Of a stretch of 64,000 bases of DNA, positions 52,171 to 63,010 are shown in pieces. Location of the stretch: positions 26,994,560 to 27,058,559 of the forward strand of contig NC_134027.1 of the NCBI RefSeq assembly GCF_964204645.1, in the 5' to 3' direction. The notes beneath the pieces were generated by a model that ran no database searches, had not been told where the DNA came from, and worked only from the letters and a program-made list of their open reading frames with translations. Numbering within the stretch: the first letter of the stretch is position 1; each line of letters begins with the position of its first letter. The position numbers and the translations under genes were made by a program. This DNA comes from Tubulanus polymorphus (taxonomy: Eukaryota > Animalia > Nemertea).

Positions 52171-53957
52171 GTGGATTAGCGGATTTTTCATACACTAATG
52201 TGAATTAACTCTGGCAACCAAGAGTCTACTGCCAGAGTCAGTTCGTGTTAGTTTATGCAAATCCAAGCATAGTGAATCTTAAGAATCGGCAGAACATAGC
52301 ATCACAACCACTGACTGGTGAACGAATTAAGTTCAGAGTAGCTAATTAACTAAACAAACAAAGAGTTTCTAACAATTATATTTACTCTCATACAACAATT
52401 ATACGAAATGCCAGGTGTGCTCGAGGAATTATAACTTAAGTTCCTCAAACACGTGGACTGTATTTCAAAAACAGTCCAACCATGGGCGTATAAACTATAA
52501 ACTAGAGTTTATACGTCCATGGTCCAAGCATAGACTCTAAAAGAGAAACGTCTATAGCACACAACCATGGACTCTAAACTGTGAGAGTGCATGGCTCCCG
52601 CACTAAAACCACGAGAGATAAACCTGGCCGAATACCCTGGAAAGCGTAAGATTTATTTCACCTATCTACCGTAGACCTTACATTACTTTTTTTTAGAATC
52701 ATGATCAAGCTAACCATAACGGACGCGGCAGATAGAAATTAACTGATTACAAATTTCATTGATTGAAATGACCCGGCCGATCAAGAAAACAATGTATTAT
52801 CATTAGCCTTTTAATGACTTAGATTATCCAAAATATAAGATTTCTAGCTTTTAATATCACATATGCTACATCATGGAAGGTATTTCAAGGTTTTATTCGC
52901 CAAAAACGTTTCCACTGCAACTGATTCATACAATTTGAATCAATAGGAAAATAACAAAATTACACACAGAATTGTAAACCTTGATCCATAAAACACCGAC
53001 AATTAGGACTAGTCTGAATGTCTAAGACTATTTGACATTCATGAAGTCACTGGGCATAAGTGACACTTGGTTATTTCATGAAATATGAAGCATTCAATCA
53101 TATCAACTATTCAAATGACAATGTAAGAGAGATTTTAGATATTCTGTTTATACAAAAAATAAACTGCATAACATATCTCCAACATATAAACATTAAAACT
53201 GGACATAAAACAAATTCACTCTCTCAAATAATCAATCTCTGATTTCGAAAAAATGTCTAGCGTGTGAGAATTACAAGTGGAAGGAAAAGGCTACTTCGTG
53301 TATTTCTAGTCAATGGAGCAAAGCCATTAGGTTGTATTGACAAGAATCTCCAACCCGGAGCGCTTCCCCGTTAGCGTCCAAACATTATGTAGACGGGTTA
53401 CCGGTCTCTATCTTCGATATACACTGGTCGCCAGTATAACCTCAACAGGGCAGTATATTTACTGCGGCATGCGAGTAATAAGTTCACTAGTTTCGGATAT
53501 TCTCGGAGCTATCCTTTGTTTACGCATGGTTGTTCAGCCCATCTATCGTCAGAATATGGAACTAACCCGGAAATGATATTTGTGTTTTCCCCAACATCGA
53601 CATAGCGAATACGTAAATTCATACCTGATAAACGTGAATCATTTAATAGATTGATTGTCAACGGTCATCATCATAACGTAAGGCAGCCTGCAGCGTCGAC
53701 CAGTCTTTCTCTCTGTTCATCTAATGACCGTGGTGCGTGGTGGTGGTGGACGTGGTCGTGGAATTCATTAGTTGTCACAGTCTGTCAACTGGTCGATGTC
53801 ATAACCAGCAGCAGGTCAGCCTGGCAGGGGGACAGTCAGAAGTGAACAAGTGGGACGAAAAAGCGAGGTACGAGCAGTGACCATTCAGGTGCGAGTTGAC
53901 CTATTCTCCTCACTTAGCTGATGGGACAGTCAGTAGAGTTACTTGTTTCACAACCTC

Positions 53958-54275
53958 CCTTGCCAGGGTTTGATTACCTCACACCAACATAATAAACCCT
54001 GGCAGCAAACCCATCATTGGTCTATTACATTGCCCAAGATTTCTTGCTAAGCAGCCACCAGTCAATGTATTAGGTATAAGTCAATCATATGCGTTGTTTT
54101 CACCGCCAGATTTGCTACGCATTTGATTGGTTAGATATTTAGACCAGTAGCCGCCTAGCGGCAACCTGTCCGACCAAGAAATCATGGGCAATGTAATAGA
54201 CCAATGCAGGGTTTGCGGTTAGGGTTTGTGTTGGCATCAGAGCTTTGTGAGGGGCGGCAATCAAACCCTGTGAGT
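53958..54275. mobile_element. Foldback MITE with long imperfect TIRs
   Basis: CAGGGTTTGATT...CATTGGTCTATTACATTGCCCA is mirrored by TGGGCAATGTAATAGACCAATG...AATCAAACCCTG; a partial second copy lies at 63557-63748. Confidence 0.75.
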
Positions 54276-54355
54276 TTGAAACTACTGTGGATTATTGAGG
54301 CAAGAGGAGCTCATTCAATTGTAAATTTTATATTTATCAAATTTAGGAAGATGTC

Positions 54356-57300
54356 ATGATGAATACGTATGACGAAGATATCACAGAAAATAAGTTCTTC
54401 ATTACATTCCAAAATAAATATCCAGAACTTTGCGATGAGGTCACGAACAACAGATGGATCGTAAGTTTTATATCTGTGATAGTAAACTGAGTGAAATTCA
54501 TTCAATAAATCTGGCCTTTGATTCAGTGAATTGTGATGATGGATTTGATTTTCAGATATGTGTTCCTCGTGGAAATAGCAACAGTAAATATGTATATACA
54601 GAAATTGACTTCAAGAATCACGTCCTAAAACCAGAATCTGAGGATTCACATAAATATACTACATTAAGTGACAAGGTATCTAATTAACTGTATGGTTCCC
54701 TCCACCTCTGTCTCTTATTAACTGTATGGTTCCCTCCATCTCTGTCTCTTCTCTTTCTTCTGATGTGTTGCCAAACAAAATGAGATTTTTAAATATATTT
54801 ACAGGAAGTGATTATACAAGGTAGTACTATAACTACGAGTAATGGATTTCCTGACCTCAGAGTTGTAAGTGTTACGATTATCATAATCTGTCAGTTGACT
54901 GAGTTTAAGGATCTGTGGATAGGATTATTCATTTTCATCTTATACTTTAAGGTTCCCATTCTTTTCGATGAAACGTACTTCAACAAGAATGATGAAAGCT
55001 ATAGGATTTTATGCGTTAACACGATGCTCGAAGGAGGACCAGCTGAAGTGGAATCCTCACCGGCTCAGATTACGCTACATAGCATGGATGATTGTACCGA
55101 ACTACTTTGGGGACACACAGGTATCAATGAGATTATTCCGCTGTAGAACCGGCTCACTAAATTCTATTTTTCAATTTGATAATTAAGATCGTAATTTTGT
55201 CTTTTAGAAAATCGAAGGACGAAAAGAAGCCTTATTGAAATAATAGAATTATTCAATAAAAGCTATGATTGTTTACAAGGCGAGACACTTATTCATTACG
55301 TGGTAAGTTCATAGTGTTTATTTGTTTTTGCCGATATAAATGTTACATCAAATATGTTTTATTTGGTTTATTTTTTAAACAGGATGCCGCGAATGCATTG
55401 TTTACAAGAGCCATGCAAATTGTTTTAAAAGACTCATTTGTTGTGAGTACAGTTGTTTTCAGAATGTATCTATTTTCTAATAATAATAATATGTGTCTTA
55501 GGCCTATATAGCGCTAAATCCAGCCAGGCTGCTCAGAGCGCTTTTACATTTTTCGGTATTAATACCACGACCAATTTTTATACTCTAACATGTATCAGTC
55601 ATCTCTCCCTGGGGAGAAGTAACACCGAGCTGCTAACAAACGCTCAGGAGTCATCTATCAGGCCAGGTATCCATTTACTCCTGGGTGGAGAGAGGCAATG
55701 AGGATAAGTGTCTTGCCTGAGGACACTACGGCTATGTACGGGGTTCAAACCCACGACGTGGCTTCCCAGGGCCGAACGCTCTAACCACTCGGCCACACCG
55801 CTCCAATCTATTATCTATTCTCCTTGTCTGAGTATTCTACTTCACGCTGATGTTGTTTATTCAATTCTTCGATTTAATTTCAGAAAAGAACTGCTCGACA
55901 CAATAAGATGTATATGGATAATATAAAGATAGCGGTTGAGGTAAACATTTATTACTCGTATAGAGTGACCTTCATTTATAAAAACACATGATAAATAATA
56001 ACCTGACCTGATTCAATAAATAATTGAAGTAAATGTTGACCTGAATCGACGTACGGTAGATACCATTGATTTAATCACTGAATGCATCAATATTTTCTCT
56101 AATTGTAGACGTTTGTTATGCATGGAATCTTTATGAAGGTTTTTGAGGGTATAACGTTATGTTTGGCGAATAAAGATGCTCAATTGAACAAAATCACTAG
56201 AAATTTAGCTCATCTTCAGCTTCGAGATTTAGGGGTTACCTCAGGTTTCAGGTACAGTAATCATTACAGTTACCAGTGTATTCACATTATCTGTATATAC
56301 CATTAACCCTTTCAGTGCTGACTAATCAATATCCTATAGTGCTGGAGATAGTTTTAAATTTTTGACCACCCTAGTGTGTTGAATAACGGGAATACCACTA
56401 TAGTGCGTCTACACTGCGGCGCGATATTTCGTTAGTTACTAATATTTCACTATGTTTGACAGGTGCTGCCATCTTTCAATAGAGATAAAAACTAATTACT
56501 TATTACATCAATACACCGCAGTGCGGTGTACTAGCAAAATCCATCGCCGATTCATACACCGTGCTGCGGTGTAGACGCACTGAAAGGGTTAATGATTTAC
56601 TGAGATAAACAGTACTGAGATAGGAGGGGTCTGCAGTAATTGGGATATGAAAGTGATGGGAACGCTTCCTCAAAATTTGATATACCCAGGAATGACTGTA
56701 ATCTGTTGGGACAAAAGGGTTGGCGCATGCACGCAAAATATGGAGGTCACATGGAGAGAGGTCCGGTTAAAGTAGCTTTTATCACTGGTTGAAGCGAAAT
56801 TACGGTAACCATTGATACACAGACTTTTAACGCGAGGGACTGAATTAGTATCTGAAAGCACCCCAAGGTACTCGAGCTACAACCGGCCTGTCAGACCAGT
56901 CTCTACCATCACTGCGCCAACCTGCGCGTAACAGCGGAATAATCAGCCTGTTGATTGATTGAGGCTGTTTACCTGGATTATGACCCCGTATTTGAACTGA
57001 TTGTTTTGAATTGTAGCGAAAACATTCCTCGAGCTCGTAAGGAATTAACGAGTTTATGTAGATACAGTACACCTATTGGTAAATTATACTGTATCAGACG
57101 TGTGATAATGGCGTTGATGCAAACTCCGCGAAGTTCGAAAAAATCAGGAAATTCACCGGTGATGACGACCGATGATTTATTACCGATGCTTGTATTTATG
57201 GTGATTAAATCAGAGATAGCTAACTGGTGAGTGATACCACAAAACTGCATTCCATTCATTACGTAATCAGTATTTTCTACCTGACCATATGGGCAAATCT

Positions 57301-60300
57301 CTAGAGGGGCTGTCCATAAAAGATGTCCAAAATCAAGGGAACGTGATTAAGTGAATGAAAATATTATTTTATACGACTGATGTCTTGAATTGCTTTTTTG
57401 TCCAATGGACACGGGGCGATGTAGATATTCTGTGGACTCGGGGGAGCAGGGTCAAAATTTAGCAATTTTTTATGGACACCTTTTTTGGACGGCCTCTTGT
57501 AAAACTTGCATATTTTGTATCAAATTGTAAAAGTTTGGTTGTATTGAGAATATACATGTTGTATAGTATCTGTATGAATTGTATTGTATATTGAAGGTAC
57601 GCACATTTGACGTATATGAATCATTTTCGGTTTTCTAAATTGAACAACGACGATGAATTCGGATATTATTTAGCGTCTCTTGAAGCCGCTATTCAACACG
57701 TAACAAGCGGTAAATTAATCGACATCGTTCCTGGAGCTGTTAATCCACAGGTATTAAACAAAAAAACTGATTCAGTCACTGAATCATTCAGTCATTGATT
57801 AGTCGAGAAGATACGCAATATCTGTGTAAGATATGAGGGAAATCCCACAATAATTCAGCCACAAAAGATGTAAATTTCTAGAGAAAAAGGTTTTCATATT
57901 GGAGCAACATGCCTAATGATAGTTAATTGTCTTTAGTCCAAATGTTGCTCAAATATAAAAACACTTCTTTTTAAGAACTTTGATAATTTATTTCTTAAAA
58001 TGCTTTACGTTAAGAACAATCACAAAGCTCTGTAAACTAGACACAATTAATACATATGAAATTAATTTACAGCTTAACATCTTTGGCTGAATTATTGTGC
58101 GATTTCTGTCATTTTCATTATCGTAACTAACATTATTGATTTGTTGTTTATACAGAGATTGACGGTTATACCTACGTTAAAATCAGATACGACTCAAACG
58201 GATCAGTTTGAAGTATCCGGAGAAGTGAGTTCGATCGACCGACTATTCCAGCAAATTAAAGACGGAAACGCGATCGCCGTGAAATCGCTGATCAGAAAAA
58301 ACCGTGAAGAATCGGCTGAAGCTAAAGTGAAACTGTGTCACCCGTTGTGTTCGTGCGATCGTTGCGAAGAATTATTGTCTAAAAGTCGTTCAGATCTCGA
58401 GACGGTGACTGCATTTTCTAGAGATGATCGTGGATTTACAGGTAATGCTCAAATCGTGGAATCTTCATCGTCGCATTCATGAACTCGATATCATTTTGTG
58501 AAACTCTTTTTTCAGCTTTACACGTTTCGGCGTTATACGGACACGCTGATATAATAGAGATATTAGCTGAATCGGGAGGTGTAGTTAACGCTACTGATTA
58601 CCACGGATCGACGCCTTTACACATCGCGTGCCAAAAAGGACATCAAAATGTTACGGTAAATAGTTAAATCATTTTGTACTGGTTTGTGTTGAGCTTAAGG
58701 CACCTATAGAACGCAAGAGAAGATGCCCCCAGAGCAATGGATAGATGATATCTGCTCCTGGGCAGGCGTCTGATGCCGAAAGATCAACTCGTCTGGTAGA
58801 GGATCAGCTTCAGTGGAGGCTGTTGATAAATGATGTTTTTCTTGTCCGCTGAATATGTTCTATTGTTTGATGATGTATTGTTTATTTTAGTTGATGTTAC
58901 TCGATAAAAAAGCTCAAGTTAATGCAGCAGATAATGATGGTAATACATCATTACACTTGTGCACAGCTAATGGACACGAAGATGTAAGGCAAATTTAACT
59001 GATTTCATTAGATTTTTTAACACTCCGTATCTTACATTGATTATGTACATATTGCTGGTTTTGTTTATATTCTAGTGTTTAAAAGCTTTAGTCTACTATG
59101 ATCGAGCTAGCTTAGACGTGAATGCTGCTAATGATTTTGGAGATACAGCTTTACACCTGGCCGCTAGGTGGGGTTACTGTAAGTAGTAAATTATTTCATC
59201 CGCGATGATATATTGATTTAACGAAATTTTCACTAAATCAAAATTCTAATATCTTATTTTCAGACAACATAGTTGAGATTTTATTAGAAAATGGAGCGTC
59301 AGTTGAAGCTAGGAATAGGAAGAAATTAACACCGATACAATGTGCTCATAATGTGAATGTATCACAGTTACTCATAAAAACTGCTAAAGCGACGACTATT
59401 GAAGATAAAGTTGAAGTCCAACCAACTCCGAAGGTACGAGATCCATTTATTGATTCAGTTTGACTGTAATTAAAATGAGTGAATATCAAAAATGTTTTAA
59501 ACCTAGATTGTTTGAATGAACCGCGACCGAATTTCCCAATTATGCACTTTGATTCAATTCTGTTAACTCGACCGCCGACCACACAACTATATCAGTACTT
59601 AGATTCCCGATTTCACAATCAAACTGCCTGTTTCGCTCCCGGCAGGTGCTGTGGGTTTGTAAGGGACAACAATAAAATAATTGAACGAAATTTACCAACC
59701 AAATAAATAACAGGAACAATCCCTATTTTAAGATCAAAAGTTGAAACGAAACCGATTTTCAGTTGGGAACTGTTGAACTGGATCCTGTAAATTCAATATG
59801 ATAGATGTTTTATTCTCTGATACGTAGGTAAATCACAGCGTACCGACGCCTATCTCTCCAGTTATTACTCCGACTACTCCGACGAAGAGACGCGTTTCAT
59901 TAAGTTCTGCAGCTCGTTTGGAATCGGAGAAATTACGTTTTCCGCAGAGTCAAAAAATTCAGAAAATGTTAAGAGCAGTCGCAGACGGCGACGTGGAGAT
60001 GGTAAATATTTCTGATCTGTTTTCATGGAATGGATGAGGACTGGGAATCACTTTGTATTTGAAAACCTGGATGAGGAATCAACCATTTATTACCTATCCC
60101 TGCCCCCTGAGTAAATACATGGCTCAATGAATTCTTATTTTGCAGGTGAAATTTCATCTCGGTTGGTTAGAGAACGGTGATAGCGATGATGCTGACGAAA
60201 ATATTGATCTCAGTAAAAGAAAGTTGTGTCATCCGTTGTGTCAATGTGATAAATGCATTCCATTACAGAAGGTAGGATGAGATAATGAATTAAAACAGCA

Positions 60301-62711
60301 ACTACCGTTTCAGCTGACTGTGTCAGTTTCAAACTGTTAATCGATCCTCGTGATATTTTAGATGACGACGTCAGTAGCTGGTTCATTGACCGTCGATACG
60401 TGTAACAATGATGGTTCAACGGCTCTTCATATCGCTAGTCGTCATGGTCACGATTTCCTCGTTTTACTATTGATTAAACGTGGGGCTAATGTAATTGCTA
60501 AAACTAAAAGTCAGGGATGTTCACCATTGCATTTTGCTTCGCAATATAACAAACCAAAGGTAAATATATATGTATTCATTTCAAATAAGTTCATTTTGTT
60601 TAACAGTTTACATCAATAACCTCTTCAAGGGTGGATTTAGGGACTGTTCCACCCCATCAAAATTTGAATGTGCCCTACAAAAATATGTTTCACTTGAAAA
60701 GTCAAATGAAGTGCCCATTCCAATTTCAAGGTCCACCCCTTCAAAGAATTCTAGATCAGCTCTTGCCCCTCACCCAGCCTGATACCAGGTTGTTTCTGTT
60801 AAATCTGCATTTTGACTCAGAACTAGTAAAAATGAATCCCAAATTGGTCAGTTGCTCAAAAGTTGGTTAAAGATAACTGAAGTCAGAGAGTCAACTATCC
60901 ACTGGTTTACTCTATAACTCTAACTAACTGTTGAGTAACTGGCCCCTGGCCTATAGCCATACTCTCTATACCAACAAAATCGTAACTCACTGATCAGTGG
61001 TTGTCTGTAGTCGTTCGATGTGTTTTGTTCTGAAGGTGGTGAGACTGTTAATGAAGAGCGGTGCTAAAGTCAATGTAAAGGACAACAGAGGAAACACGCC
61101 GATGCATTTCGCTGCTATTAATAACTGTATAGATGTCGTAAAAAGACTGATACACGTAAGTTCAAATATTCCGACACGTGAGAAATGTCAGAAACGTGAA
61201 AATACAAAATGTTATTGTGTTTATTTTATTACAGTACGGAGGAACAGTTAATCAGGCTAATATGAAAGGTAACACCCCTCTTCATGAAGCTGCTCGCTGG
61301 AATTATTTTCATATGGTTGAACTTCTGGTGAAAGAAGGCGCGTCGGTGCAGTGTAGAAATAAACAACATCTGACGCCTATGCAGCTAGCCCAGGTCAGTC
61401 ATTTCATTTCACTCGTAGAATATTAGTAGAGTTAAGCATAGATATTATTAACGAATAGACAATTTCTCTTTTACAGAATGATGAAATAGTAAATTTGTTG
61501 GATAACGCTTTGATCGAACAATCGAATACGGTGACTTCAAAAAATCAGATGTCAAGGTCTCCTATAAGTGTTAATTCAGCTGATAGTTCACCGGTCACAG
61601 GACGCGGTAAGATAACAATCTGGACCCATTCCACTGTTTATCACTCAAGATCAGACTCCATGGTTTGAACACCGAAACTAGAGGGCGGCCAAACTCTAAA
61701 TAGTGTCATCAGTAACAAATTGAATTCTTTCTAGTAACATTTCATTGCAATATGATAGGAAATGTTCAAATTAATCAGAAATCAACAGTAAGACCCTCAG
61801 TAACATGCTTCATATTTCTGTATGCATCAAACAAATCAAATCAGTATTTCTTATAGAATTGTAACATGTGCTGAAAATCATGAACAGTTGTCAGCTCTGA
61901 AGCTAATATGAACTTGTCATTCTTAGATAACTCAGCAGAACCAGGTCCCACTTTAAGCTTTCCTCTTTAGACATTTTCAATGATAGAATATTTTTCTAAT
62001 TTAATTGTAGTTGGCCTGACTAAAACGAAACGAATGAGTGTACGCGATCTGTTCGCTGCATTCGAAGATAAAGACTTGAAAAAACTGGAGACGTTGACGA
62101 AATCAGTTCGTAGTCATAGACGTGAAACGTTGAGACGTACATCGACTATCGATCGCAGCGCACCTCGTTTAGATTTATATTTCACTTCACCCGATTCATC
62201 AATGATTGAATCTACACGAGCTACTGATAGATTATCAACACCCGATGACGTTGATGTTGATGATGATCGGCCGGTGTTCTACGAAACTAAACAGCAAACT
62301 AGCGATACTAAAAACCCGACGGAAAATGAATGGCCCAAACTTCCGATGGTGAAAGAACAAGAATTACACGAGATTAATGAAGATATGGAGAGAATTCGAT
62401 GCGATTCTAAACCGGACTCTGAACCGTATTTAGTTGTGCCGTACGATACTCCTAGTGATAGTAGTCATATATCTACTGAATATTACTCGAAACAACTAAC
62501 GACGACTAGTCAACATTCATCACCGGATGGCATTACTAACTGTCAATCAGAACAAACTCCTCCTCTTCCCATTGCTACCGTTACTTATCATAAAGATTCG
62601 CGTAGTGAAAACGTTCATATCGAAACATCTCCCGAGAAAGAGAATGTTCACACAGATTGTTCAACACCGACTGATGACGATAAATTCTGTGATGTCGAGC
62701 AGAAAATGTGA
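54356..62711 (+). CDS. ANKRD27: Ankyrin repeat domain-containing protein 27 (VARP; VPS9-ankyrin repeat protein)
   Basis: 22 GT-AG exons in one frame (3573 nt, 1190 aa): 54356-54460, 54556-54675, 54805-54864, 54952-55120, 55208-55302, 55383-55442, 55884-55940, 56109-56251, 57017-57226, 57597-57750, 58156-58441, 58516-58655, 58891-58983, 59076-59178, 59264-59433, 59828-60001, 60146-60271, 60362-60559, 61036-61155, 61235-61393, 61477-61606, 62011-62711. Motifs: YDEDITENKFF, VPILFDETYFN, VPS9 MTTDDLLPMLVFMVIKSEIANW and DEFGYYLASLEAAI, two LCHPLCxCDxC, ankyrin repeats (GSTPLHIAC, GNTSLHL, GDTALHLAARWG, GNTPLHEAA). Confidence 0.96.
55479..55804 (-). mobile_element. tRNA-derived CORE-type SINE, apparently full length
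   Basis: Minus strand: A box GGTGTGGCCGAGTGGTTAG, B box GGGTTTGAACCCC, core GTGTCCTCAGGCAAGACACTT...CTCTCTCCACCCAGGAGTAAATGG, tail AGCGCTATATA and (ATT)n. Confidence 0.8.
56109..57750 (+). CDS. ANKRD27: ANKRD27 VPS9 (Rab21 GEF) domain exons 56109-56251, 57017-57226, 57597-57750
   Basis: DAQLNKITRNL, NIPRARKEL...TPIGKLYCIRRV...DDLLP, FGYYLASLEAAIQHV. Confidence 0.93.
56307..56588. mobile_element. piggyBac-like MITE, inverted copy in an ANKRD27 intron
   Basis: Same TIR and TTAA TSD; reverse complement of 50549-50931 without the internal duplication. Confidence 0.88.
57303..57498. mobile_element. Old MITE (Harbinger-like termini)
   Basis: AGGGGCTGTCCATAAAAG...CTTTTTTGGACGGCCTCT imperfect TIRs. 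Confidence 0.55.
57846..58098. mobile_element. Palindromic MITE-like element in an ANKRD27 intron
   Basis: CACAATAATTCAGCCA...TGGCTGAATTATTGTG outer arms and GAGCAACAT...ATGTTGCTC inner arms. Confidence 0.6.
58156..61393 (+). CDS. ANKRD27: ANKRD27 zinc-fingernail 1, ankyrin set 1, zinc-fingernail 2, ankyrin set 2 exons
   Basis: KLCHPLCSCDRC (about 58330-58365) and KLCHPLCQCDKC (about 60220-60256), each followed by TPLH-type ankyrin repeats; these motifs bind retromer VPS29 in human VARP. Confidence 0.93.
58700..58835 (+). mobile_element. Degenerate 3' fragment of an RTE-like non-LTR retrotransposon
   Basis: Frameshifted translation ...QWIDDICSWAG.../RLVEDQLQWRLLIND resembles the WxDDI...DRxxWR C-terminal signature of RTE-clade ORFs. 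Confidence 0.55.
60625..60767. mobile_element. MITE of the CAxGGGYGGATYY family
   Basis: CAAGGGTGGATTTAG...CTAGATCAGCTCTTG; related ends at 5163-5390, 8011-8025, 26793-26810, 28276-28293 and 47440-47670. Confidence 0.55.
62011..62711 (+). CDS. ANKRD27: ANKRD27 terminal exon with WH2-like motif and disordered tail
   Basis: Acceptor aattgtag at 62010, phase matches the G|gtaaga donor at 61606; open to TGA at 62709-62711. Confidence 0.85.
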
Positions 62712-63004
62712 GATTTATCTCGTTTTTGTGGCTTATCAAATGAGTTAAGTTACACTATGCAATTATAGTAGAATCACTCGCTGCAGTTAAATGAATGGCC
62801 TCAAATACATGTTATACAGTAATTTGAATCTCTCAAATTGATCGATGATAATCAATGATGTTTTATTTAATAATTATGAAAATGTTTTGTTGATGAATGA
62901 TGTTTCGACTTTTTAATCATGAAATGTTAAGTGCTATAAAGAAATTCATTCGATTTATTTGTATATGTGAAGCCAAACATATGATGTTACAATTTTTCAC
63001 CAAA

Positions 63005-63010
63005 AATAAA
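63005..63010 (+). terminator. Candidate polyadenylation signal of ANKRD27
   Basis: AATAAA about 290 nt after the stop codon, followed by GT/T-rich sequence. Confidence 0.5.

Noticed and set aside
55740-55804. tRNA gene
   Set aside because: A and B boxes are present but there is no complete cloverleaf; it is the head of a SINE.
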